From the human T2T-CHM13v2.0 reference genome, Homo sapiens, in the NCBI RefSeq assembly GCF_009914755.1, contig NC_060935.1: DNA of 64,000 nucleotides, one strand, 5' to 3'. The translations under genes were made by a program, and so were the position numbers. Numbering within the stretch: position 1 is the stretch's first letter; each line of letters starts with the position of its first letter. Of this stretch, positions 51,091 through 64,000 are shown one piece after another. A model generated the notes under the pieces. It did no database searches and was not told where the DNA came from. It saw only the letters and a list, made by a program, of their open reading frames with translations.

Positions 51091-51409
51091 AAAAATGATA
51101 TCAAAAGAGAAGAACCAAGTTAGAGGACTGACACTATCCAACTTCAAGACTTACAGTAAAGCTACAGTAATGAAGACAGTGTGGTATTGGTGAAAGAACA
51201 GACAAATGGATCAATAGGTGAAATCAGCCAGACACAGAAAAAAATATATCGCATTATCTCAAAATCCATTTTTTGATCAAAAGGAAAAAAATTATAGACA
51301 GGATAAATTGTTAGCAGTGACTACCGATGGACTGAATATGTACTTTGAAAATATGATATCACTTGTTTTGTTATATATAAGAATTTTAAATAAATATTCT
51401 GGGTTTCCA

Positions 51410-51712
<303 letters not shown>

Positions 51713-52496
51713 TATGTGTTTCTGAAATTATTCCAAAATTTATTCTGTTCCTGTCAACATACCTCTGTGAGACTGATTTCTCTACTAGGGGTATTGTTAA
51801 AACAAAACATAGAAACAGTTTAAAAATGCATTATCCTCTGCAAGTAGCACTGCCATCAATCCGAGTTAAACAAATTAATAAGCAAGAAGCAAGTTTATTT
51901 AAATAGTGGAAATTTAAAGAGTGATGTACACAATGTTTATTCCAAGTGTGTATTATAGACTTTTAATGCAGGAAATCAGTATTTCCTTTGTAATTTTTGT
52001 TTAGCTACAGTTTTGGAAGAGCCAAAAGCTATGTGTAATAGTGATTATAATAGTTGTGGATCGTTGTCAGATTTGTAATTCTTTTCTGTTTTCCCATGTT
52101 GAGATGACATTTATTAAAACAATTTTATGCCTACAGATTCTAATGAAAACTCTGGGCTTGAATTATTGTCTATCTTATTTTCCTAGTTGTTTATTTTTAT
52201 TATATTTTACAAATGTGTTGGTCCACAATAAATTGAAAATTTTAATGGAAAAAATGGCCTTTCTCCACAGACTGTAAAGCATTCAGCTTTACGAGCATGT
52301 TCCTAAGCTAGGGATACAAAAGAGATTATGAAATGGTACTATAACTCCTGCCCTTAGAAGTTAGAGCATGTTTGAAGAAATCACAAATCAGAACACAACA
52401 TAGAAGAATCACACTGTTAATGGCACTAACCACATGATTACAGGAGAGAACAGTGCAGAAGTCTTACCAAGATTTGCTGCATGGAGATGGGTCTGA

Positions 52497-52866
<370 letters not shown>

Positions 52867-53404
52867 TGACATTATTTATTTTCAACTTTCTCTTCCTGCT
52901 GCCTGGATAACATGAATAAGGTTGATCATGTTATACCTTTCCAGACAGTAATCATAATTCTGTGGGCTTTCAAAAACAATGCTTACTTCTTTTTCCTTTA
53001 AATACCTTCAAGCCTTTCAGCAATATTATTGCCTGAAATTGTCATTTTCTTAAGTTCATAACATTAATAAATCTTCAGCATCTTTTTTCTATTTTAGAAA
53101 AATATATAAAAATGTAAACCCACAAGAGAAAGAAAACTCTCAATAATACACAAAAAAAGAAAAAAGAATCTGCACTCATGCCACCAACTCTTTTAACGTA
53201 TATTTAATGAGCCTTAACATGTGTGAGACACTGTGCCATACATGGAGTTGGAGGTGGGGATAGATATCAGCCCCTGCCCCAAGGATCTCTGGTCTCAAGG
53301 TACTCATTTGTACCTGAGATACAACCTAAAATAAATAACTGGAATGTGACAGGACACTTCCAAAAAATAAAACAGCACGCCACTATTAAGAATTACAATA
53401 AATA

Positions 53405-53740
<336 letters not shown>

Positions 53741-53974
53741 TTATAGGACATTAAGCTTAAAAGCAGGTTATGAAGTATATATACATTATGATCCTAACTT
53801 GATTTTACTATGTAAAATACATATATGCGCACACAAAAGTTTACAAATCAAAATGCAAATACTATCATTAATTATGTCTGCGTGGTGAGATTGAGTGCTT
53901 TTTCTCTCCTTTTTTTATTATCTGCATTTTCCAATTTTGTCCACCTAATTTAAAAGGCATTAAAATGCAGTATG

Positions 53975-55671
53975 GCTCTCCCTGTCCCTCTCCCTCTCCC
54001 TGTCCCTCTCCCTGTCCCTGTCCCTCTCCCTCTCCCTCTCCCTCCCTCTCCCCCTCCCCATGGTCTCCCTCTCCCTCTCTTTCCACGGTTTCCCTCTGAT
54101 GCCGAGCCGAAGCTGGACTGTACTGCCACCATCTCGGCTCACTGCAACCTCCCTGCCTGATTCTCCTGACTCAGCCTGCCGAGTCGCCACGCCTGACTGG
54201 TTTTCGTATTTTTTTGGTGGAGACAGGGTTTCGCTGTGTTGGCCGGTTTGGTCTCCGGCTCCTAACCGCGAGTGATCCACCAGCCTCGGCCTCCCGAGGT
54301 GCCGGGATTGTAGACGGAGTCTCGTTCACTCAGTGCTCAATGTTGCCCAGGCTGGAGTGCAGTGGCGTGATCTCGGCTAGCTACAACCTTCATCTCCCAG
54401 CCGCCTGCCTTGGCCTCCCAAAGTGCCGAGATTACAGCCTCTGCCCGGCCGCCACCCCGTCTGGGAAGTGAGGAGCGTCTCTGCCTGGCCGCCCATTGTC
54501 TGGGATTTGAGGAGCCCCTCTGACTGGCTGCCCAGTCTGGGAAGTGAGGAGCGCCTCTTCCCGGCCACCATCCCGTCTAAGAAGTGAGGAGCGTCTCTGC
54601 CCAGCCGCCCATCGTCTGAGATGTGGGGAGCGCCTCTGCCCCGCCACCCCGTCTGGGATGTGAGGAGCGCCTCTGCCCAGTGGTGACCCCGTCTGGGAGG
54701 TGAGGAGTGTCTCTGCCCGGCCGCCCAGTCTGAGAAGTGAGGAGCCCCTCCGCCCAGCAGCCGCCCTATCTGAGAAGTGAGGAGCCCCTCCGCCCAGCAG
54801 CCGCCCCGTCTGAGAAGTGAGGAGCGTCTCCGCCTGGCAGCCACCCCGTCCAGGAGGAAGGTGGGGGGCCAGCCCCCGCCCAGCGAGCCACCCCATCCGG
54901 GAGGGAGGTGGGGGGTCAGCCCCGCCGGCCAGCCGCCCCGTCCGGGAGGGAGGTGGGGGGGTCAGCCCCCGCCCGGCCAGCCGCCCCCTTTGGGAGGGAG
55001 GTGGGGGGCGCCTCCGCCCGGCCGCCCCTTCTGGGAAGTGAGGAGCCCCTCTGCCTGGCCATCACCCCGTCTGGGAGGTGTACCCAACAGCTCATTGAGA
55101 ACGGGCCATGATGACGATGGCGGTTTTCTGGAATAGAAAAGGGGGAAAGGTGGGGAAAAGATAGAGAAATCAGATTGTTGCTGTGTCTGTGTAGAAAGAA
55201 GTGGACATGGGAGACTTCATTTTGTTCTGTACTAAGAAAGATTCTTCTGCCTTGGGATGCTGTTAATCTATGACCTTACCCCCAACCCTGTGCTCTCTGA
55301 AACATGTGCTGTGTCCACTCAGGGTTCAATGGATTAAGGGCGGTGCAAGATGTGCTTTGTTAAACAGATGCTTGAAGGCAGCATGCTCATTAAGAGTCAT
55401 CACCACTCCCTAATCTCAAGTACCCAGGGACACAAACACTGCGGAAGGCCGCAGGGTCCTCTGCCTAGGAAAGCCAGAGACCTTTGTTCACTTGTTTATC
55501 TGCTGACCTTCCCTTCACTATTGTCCTATGACCCTGCCAAATCCTCCTCTGTGAGAAACACCCAAGAATGATCAATAAAAAAAAAAAGAGACTATAAACA
55601 TAATTTGAGTGTTTAGAAATTTAAAAATAAAATCCCAGTAAAAAAAATAAATAAATAAAAATAAAAATAAA
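53975..55671 (+). mobile_element. Full-length SVA (older, B/C-like) with short 3' transduction, just upstream of the MS4A12 promoter
   Basis: CCCTCT/CCCTGT head, Alu-like, VNTR, SINE-R, tail 55574-55587, second tail 55640-55671; TSD aaaatgca(g/a)tatg 53962-53974/55672-55684. Confidence 0.95.
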
Positions 55672-55847
55672 AAAATGCAATATGATATTGCAATGATTGA
55701 GCATTAGAAAGCTGGAGAAAATAAATACTAAAGTGTTTGGGAGGGTCACAATAGGCTTCCCAGTAAAAATTAGAGGAGGATGTGAAAGCACAGCGTATTC
55801 CAAACTTTACAGTTGCATTTACATCTCTTGAGGTGAAAGAGAAATAA

Positions 55848-55925
55848 CCATAAAAGGACTCTGGAACTACATAAAGATACAAGACAAATTGGTTTGGAGA
55901 ACGGAAATAAAATCTACCTATAAAA
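55848..55925 (+). promoter_or_regulatory. MS4A12: MS4A12 core promoter: CDX-type site and TATA box
   Basis: CCATAAA 55848-55854, TATAAAA 55919-55925; MS4A12 is a colon-specific CDX2 target (recalled). Confidence 0.72.
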
Positions 55926-55947
55926 TCCAGGTAAATATCTGATACTG

Positions 55948-56000
55948 GCACACAGGTTGGAGCAGAGAAAGAGGAAACATAGAGGTGCCAAAGGAACAAA
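55948..56000 (+). other. MS4A12: MS4A12 non-coding exon 1 (start inferred from TATA)
   Basis: ...gccaaaggaacaaa|gtaagt donor; joins gacataATG of exon 2. Confidence 0.78.
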
Positions 56001-56123
56001 GTAAGTCCATTGATACATTCTTGCCTATCTCTCCTCCAAATCAATGGGCACAAACTGTGGCTGGTCTACCTGTGTGGGTTCTGTTCTCTAGATTGGAGGG
56101 ATGAAGACAAGTTCTTGACTCTA

Positions 56124-56731
<608 letters not shown>

Positions 56732-58070
56732 TTAATTAAGGTACTTCTTTCTGACAAGAAAACAATTAAAATTAAAATAGGTAGGGAAAGAACATTCATT
56801 TTCACCAGATCAGCATTTTGTGAAAGGTGATATAAGTGTATACCTGTGGATGTACTGGGTGATTTTGTGAAAATGATTCGGTTTCATGTTTTGCTTTATG
56901 CTATAAAGTACTCTTGAAAATAATAATCATCTTCACTCTGTCAAAAGTGAAGTTAGCATGAAAATGAGGTAGAAAGAAACTATAAAGAAGTAAATTTTTC
57001 CCATTTTTATTTGAAATAATGTAATCACAGAGCAAATTGCTGAGGTTTTCTCTAATTGCTTTAGTCTTATTCTTTTGATCTCATCAGAGCTCCAATATTT
57101 TTATGTGTTCCTTGTTCTTAAAAATAATTGCAGTTGTTCTAATTCTTATTTTTAAAAAAAGGACAACTAGGGGTAAATATTTTGTCAACTGTCAAGAGAA
57201 CAATCCTACTAAGTCAATAGGTGGAATCTATAAAAGGAGTCTATTTATTAGTTTCCCTTCTCATGTATCATTTACAGAATTGTCTTCATTTCAATTGAAT
57301 AATTAAAGAATCAGAACTGGCTGGCTCTGTCTTTAATTCCTTTTATAAAACCAGAACTTGACCCAGTAAAAATGTATTCTGAGTCCTAATAACTATAGAC
57401 CTAGCCATGAATAATCTGGGTTCTATATGAAACTTACAGATCTTAGTCCAGAAACTAAACAGCAGATATGAAAGGAGAAACTGTTGATAAATAAATGAAA
57501 AGTATTGAGTTTTCCTCATAAAATTTCTCGAGACAAAAAAAAAGCAATGATCAACAGCAAAGGAGAATGTAATGAAATCATATACATGCAGAAACGTGGA
57601 TAATTCTTTAATTGTAAGCTTTTTAAAAGCTCAAAAAAATTCTTGTTCTGGTTAATTACTGTACTCTGAGTACCCATCTCCTATTTCTTTGCTCTTGAAA
57701 TTGACCCTGTTCAATTCCTTTTATAAACTTTTCCTATGGCCACATCCACTGCCTAAAACAAGATAGAATACCTTGGGATCTAATAATAAAATAATAGTTC
57801 CTTTTTAAGCTCTTGCCATGTGCTAGGCACTGTTCCAACAGTTTTGCATAAATTAGGATAATTTGATCTTTAGACTAGCCTCCTTAGGTACCTTCTGTCA
57901 TTTTACAGTTGAGACATAGGAACTAACAGGGATTTCATTAAGAAATTTGCTTAAAGTCCCAGACTTAGTGAAGTAGCAGATTGAAGATTAGAAAAGAGGG
58001 CTTGAGCAATATTTGGCCACCGAAACCAGATCCATAAGATGTATAACCTCACATTCTCAAATGCTATTGA

Positions 58071-58437
<367 letters not shown>

Positions 58438-59791
58438 ATGTGTTTCCATTTTGAAAAAAAAAATTCCTCTGTAATCAGATATTTCAGAAAGATGTTTTCT
58501 CCCTTTTCATTGAGTTTTCAACCATTTTCAGTTGCATCTAGTATCGGAGGGTAAGGGTTATGAGTACAGGTTCTGGATTAAATTCTCTCATTGTGAAATG
58601 GGGATTTTAGTAGAGTACCTATCTCATGGGGTTCTGTAAAGGGTACAGAGATAATGTATCTCATGCACTTAACATAGAAATAATAATAGAGCCAACCCTG
58701 TAATCGGCACAATTCCACATACTTTGCAGAGAATAACTCTTTAATACTCAAACTGACTCTCTAAGGAAGGTAGTCTTATTAGCTCTATTTTACAGACAGA
58801 AAACAAAGGCAAAGAGAGGTTAACAAACTTGCCAAAGACACAAAGTTGGGGTTAGATCCCAAGTTCATGTTCCTAAACATGACACTATACAGACCCTACT
58901 GTGCCTATAATAAGTCTTTAATAAATGTTAGCTCTCTATACACCTCACCTAAAGCTTGCTAAAGAGAATCCTTACTAACTCACTCAATCACAAAGAAGTT
59001 AATCCGGTTTATAAACTCCTCTCCATGGCATCAGAAGACAGAAGTTTTGTTGTTGGGTAGTTGCAGGAGCAGAGTCAATACCCTGTCACCAAGGCTGGCC
59101 TGGAAAACAAGCTGCAAATGTCCAGAGTGATGCTGCATGGAGGGGGATTCTGAACCAACAGCCAAGAATCCCATTTTCAAGTCCTAACTCTGCCACATGT
59201 TTTCTGTGTAACCTTGAGCATGTCACTTAACGACTCAGCTTCAATTTCTCATCTGTAAATCAAGGGGAATGAGACAGGATAAATGGAAAGGGTCTTTTCT
59301 ACCCTAAAATTTCTGGATTCTATGAGCACAGGGTCTGCATATGTGTCCTTGTTAGATACCAGTGATACATTGTACCAATAGGTTATTCATAGTATTCATA
59401 CTTCATACCAAGAATGAGACATTCATCACTCTAACTTTCTTGATATTCATAAGCACAAGAAAATTGTTGTGCTTTTGAAGACCTCAAAAAAAGGAATCTA
59501 AGGCTAAAGACAAATTTTTTAAGTGTCATAATTTTTTTCAAGAATTAATAGTCATTGTTGTCCATATTCAGTTGTACTGGCTTATTTCCAACAAAATTTC
59601 CCTTGCCTACATGGGGCCTGAGATGCTCTAAGCTTTCAGAAGGACAGAAATGAATAAAAGCATTTTTCCTAAAGAACAGAAGAATCATCTTAAGTGGGCA
59701 TATGTGAACTATCTAGTTTCCCAATTACTGGCAAACAATTTTAATCTTGGACTGCCCTCCTTGCCATACAAGTATTGTATTACTTGGCCCC

Positions 59792-60062
59792 TGTATTAGT
59801 TTTCTATTTGTTGATATAACAAACTACCACAAATGTAGTGGCTTAAAACAATATAATTTTTTTATCTGACAGTTCTGTAGGTCAGAATTCCAATACCAGC
59901 TCACTAGACTAAGTTCAAGGTGTCAGCAGAGTCATGTTCCTTCCTGGAGACTCTAGGGAAGAATCTGTTTCCTTGTTTCATCCAGCTTCTAGAGGTGACC
60001 CATACACCTTGGTTCATGGACGCCTTCCTCCAACTTCACAGTTGGCAGCATAGCATCTCTCT
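59792..60062. mobile_element. MLT1 (MaLR) LTR fragment
   Basis: tgtattagtttt...taacaaactaccacaaatgtagtggcttaaaacaa...acagttctgtaggtcagaa. Confidence 0.78.
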
Positions 60063-60064
60063 AA

Positions 60065-60322
60065 TGAGGGATGGTTTCAGGATGAAACTATTCCACCTCA
60101 GATCATCAGGAATTAGAGTCTCATAAGGAGCATGCAACCTAGATCCCCAACATGTGCAGTTCACAGTAGGGTTCATGCTGCTATGAGAATCCAATGCCAT
60201 GCTGGTCTGATAGGAGGCAGAGCTCAGGCAGTAATGCTTGCCTGCTGCTTACCTCATGTAGTGCAGCCAGGTTTCCAACAGACCACAGACAGGTACCAGT
60301 CCTTGGCGTGGGGGTTGGGGAT
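60065..60322. mobile_element. MER1B hAT DNA transposon fragment
   Basis: gatggtttcaggatgaaactattccacctcagatcatcagg...ggggttggggat. Confidence 0.8.
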
Positions 60323-60484
60323 TTATGAGAATCATGTTTCTATCAGTTGTTATGGCCCATTATCTGCTCACTTGTTCTCTCCATTTGCATAGATAATTGA
60401 CATTTGACATTTGGTAAGATTTTCTTTAGTTTCTTTTCTGGATAAACATATCACTTTTGTATGTTTTGTGATACTTAGGACATA

Positions 60485-60760
60485 ATGATGTCATCCAAGC
60501 CAACAAGCCATGCTGAAGTAAATGAAACCATACCCAACCCTTACCCACCAAGCAGCTTTATGGCTCCTGGATTTCAACAGCCTCTGGGTTCAATCAACTT
60601 AGAAAACCAAGCTCAGGGTGCTCAGCGTGCTCAGCCCTATGGCATCACATCTCCGGGAATCTTTGCTAGCAGTCAACCGGGTCAAGGAAATATATAAATG
60701 ATAAATCCAAGTGTGGGAACAGCAGTAATGAACTTTAAAGAAGAAGCAAAGGCACTAGGG
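60485..60760 (+). CDS. MS4A12: MS4A12 first coding exon (exon starts 60479; codons 1-92) with premature TAA at codon 71
   Basis: MMSSKPTSHAEVNETIPNPYPP...GQGNI*MINPSVGTAVMNFKEEAKALG|gtaagt; same K(A/T)LG| junction as CD20 exon 3; later exons not in window. Confidence 0.94.
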
Positions 60761-61739
60761 GTAAGTCTATTTACTACCAGAATTTTAATTTCACATTTGC
60801 AAGGTCTTCTTATAAGTTATAGGAGAGTATCATCCAATTGCTAAAAAGTTCTGAACATTATTCTGAAATTATCTCTTTTAGACAGAAATATTTAGTCTGC
60901 CTATAGACTTTCCCTTGAGTTCATTTCATTTTAGATCAAGCAAAAATATAACAAGACACAGAGGAGCCTCCCTAGCTGGAGAATTTGGTAATATTGACGT
61001 GACAGAAGCACTGTCACATCTAGCTTGATCTCATTTCTTCAAAGGACTTTTTGGACAATCTCAATCCCATCTCTGGATTAGTTACAAGTCTGGTTTTTGC
61101 ATAAAGGTGAATTTACATAACAATGAACAATGATGGCTGCCCCCAGAAAAGGAAACTACAAATGGGCAGTCTGGGAAAGGCTGAGTGTGAAAGAATTGGG
61201 GGACATTCCATCTGCTATGCCTCTTTCACCAATACCCTTAGAGATGCTACAGTTTAACTGTCACCTTACTTCTACAAAGGAGACTCTGAACTGACTGCCT
61301 TGTTTCTGTAGGCATTGTAAAAACAAAAATGCCCTACTTGTAAGAAAATTCCACCTGCCTAGGTAGAATTGTTAGTCCCTTCTCCGTGCTTTCCAAATAC
61401 ATCATTCATCCCGCTAGCACAATTCCACCAAATTATATTAAGTCTCTCCCTGTGAATAGCTCAAAATGCTCTGCTGGAGCATTCCGTAAATGAATGCTCA
61501 TTATGTGCCAGAAACTCTTCTAGCCATCTTACTATGTATTTCAAGTTGTGATGTTTTAGGGAAGTAAAAATGAGCATAAGTTCTCCTGCAGCAGCCTATT
61601 TACTAAGCTGTGGAGGTGGCCCTTCTGATCCTCCTCCTCCCAGATAGAGGAAATTCCCTGCTCCTAATAAGCCAATGGGACAAACTAACACCCCACACAG
61701 CCAGCCCCACACAGGTGCTTGGAATATCATCAAGCACAA

Positions 61740-62200
61740 AGGAGGTGCAATGTCTGCCCTCATAGAACTTACGCCCTAGAGGGGGAAATCAGACTGTATA
61801 CATAATAAGGAAGTAAAGTACTTAGTGTGTTAGAAGGTGTCGAATGATATAGACAAAACAAAGAAGTGTAAAAGGGCTAAAAAGTACTAGGCAGTGAGGA
61901 GGCAGCAATTTCAAGGTGGTCAGAATGGGCTTTCCTTAGAACATGACATTTGAGCAAAAACCTGAAGTTAGGAGTGAGCCCTGCAGATATTAGGGAAAGA
62001 GAAAACAACCAGTGTAAAAGTCTTTAGATGAAAATGTCTGTGAGGTATTTGAAGAACCGGGAGGAGGCCAATAAAATAGAACAGAATGAGTGAGGGAGGG
62101 AGCAGTTGTCAGGAGGGCAGATGAGTGGCAGAGGCCACAGGTGGTGAGGCCTGCAGAGCAGAAGGCTTTGGCTTTGACTGGGTGGATGAGGAACCACTGA
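61740..62200 (-). mobile_element. LINE-2 fragment
   Basis: tctgccctcatagaacttac...gacatttgagcaaaaacctgaag; boundaries approximate. Confidence 0.65.
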
Positions 62201-63156
62201 ATCATGCTGCCCGGCACCGAAGAGGCGTGTGATAAAAATACTTTAAAAGAATGTGAAGTTTTGTTTTCAAAATCTCCAGTTGGCAGAAGCTACTTCCTCT
62301 CTCTGAAGATTGTTATTTCTATGCCATCAGCAGGCCCTGGGCATCATGACAGTGCAGGGGCCACAGGTGGCAGGACTTGGCACACCTGTACCAGTCAACT
62401 CAGACCTTAAAGTGCTTCTGTGGCCAAAAATGCAGACAAATTGTATGTCCAAATTTTTAAGTCTGTCCTATAGGCAATTTTGATCAGTAAATGGTACAGC
62501 CAGGGCTACAGGAGGAGAAATGAGGGCCAGTACAAATCCAGATCTAACTGCCCCTCATCAAGGTGACAGCAAGGATGAGAATGGGAAGTTTGTGACCAGA
62601 CGGCTGAATTGCTGCTCTAAAGAACAGTTGTAAAAACCAAATATAAAGTCTAATACAGGAGTTCTTTAAGTGAGATAGGCTAAACGTGGCCCATCATCTC
62701 TCTGAAGCTATAAGCAAAAGTATGGTATGTGTGTGTATGAATGTGCAATAATAATTTTTCAGGGAGAAAGGTTCATGGTTTTTATTGATGTCTCAAGAAA
62801 CTTTTAGCATTGTTTATGAAACTGGGTTTTTTTCTAATTTTAATTCGATTTACTTGTGTTCAGTAGCTATTTATTGAAGAAATAAATACAGCAGTCTTTG
62901 TATTTGCAGTCTCCCTGGATAGATAAGATGTAAACATGGGGAAAAATAAATTACAAATCTACAATCAAGTTTTGGACCAATCTAGAAATGATTATTCCTC
63001 ACAAATCTATCTTTATTTACAATGAAGGAAGGTTCAATAAGAGGTACAAGGAGGTAAAAGATGTATACCTTACTTTTAGTAATATATGATTGATAAGAAG
63101 AATGATTGGTAAGAAAATGATTGCATACCTGCAACTTTTTAAAAAAGGACAATATA

Positions 63157-63502
<346 letters not shown>

Positions 63503-64000
63503 TCAGAAAGAAAGAAAAAAGATTAATTTGGTGTAATCAAGAAGACTTCATGGAAAAGGTAGAGCAGAGCTGAGCATGGGGGAAGACAGTACCGAATAAT
63601 TCAGACAGGCTCAGCAGTCAATGTGCTGCAGTAAATTCCCAGATCTGCCTCTTAGGAATTGTGTGACCTTGGATACCTGATATCTTTATGTCTCTGGGAC
63701 TCAATCCAGTTGTAGGAGGATTACATGAAACAATAAATGTAAAGTGTTCAGAACATGACCAAGCACATAATTCATGCCTAATAAATGGTTTTATCTTCAC
63801 CAATTCCTTTACCCGTAACTGGGATGACCCAAGCAGAGAACTGATCCATCTGAAAAAGCAGCTACTGACATCACAGTTAAAGTATTGTTTTTCTAATAGT
63901 CTTTTAGAGGCCCTCAGAGATGCTAATGCATGATTAAGCAGCTGTACTTTCTGAAGAATTCTTCTTGGGCCACCCCAGTAAATTCCCCAAATACCTCAAA

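Overview
Human genomic DNA, recognisable as the MS4A cluster on chr11q12; a human-specific AluYb8 supports human rather than ape origin. All three genes are on the + strand. (1) MS4A5: last intron plus terminal coding exon (10825-10935). The intron holds a sense-oriented L1PA with an uninterrupted 1275-aa ORF2 and a ~440-bp (CTATG)n array. (2) MS4A1/CD20: complete gene with promoter ~18750-18940, two non-coding exons, six coding exons giving 297 aa, a GC donor after exon 5 and a 3' UTR to ~33880. (3) MS4A12: promoter, exon 1 and exon 2; this haplotype has TAA at codon 71, directly followed by an in-frame ATG. The remainder is retroelement-rich: two full-length SVAs, a twin-primed L1, ~15 Alus, a MER57 LTR, MER DNA elements and a U2 fragment. 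There are no prokaryotic features and I cannot demonstrate a new multi-gene system. Best leads: a 43-aa transmembrane-like uORF whose stop overlaps the CD20 start codon; a duplicated splice donor after CD20 exon 6; apparent gene conversion between two direct-repeat L1s flanking CD20; an SVA with a 3' transduction beside the MS4A12 promoter; and the MS4A12 stop-restart allele. Gene identities and repeat subfamilies come from recalled sequences, not from searches.
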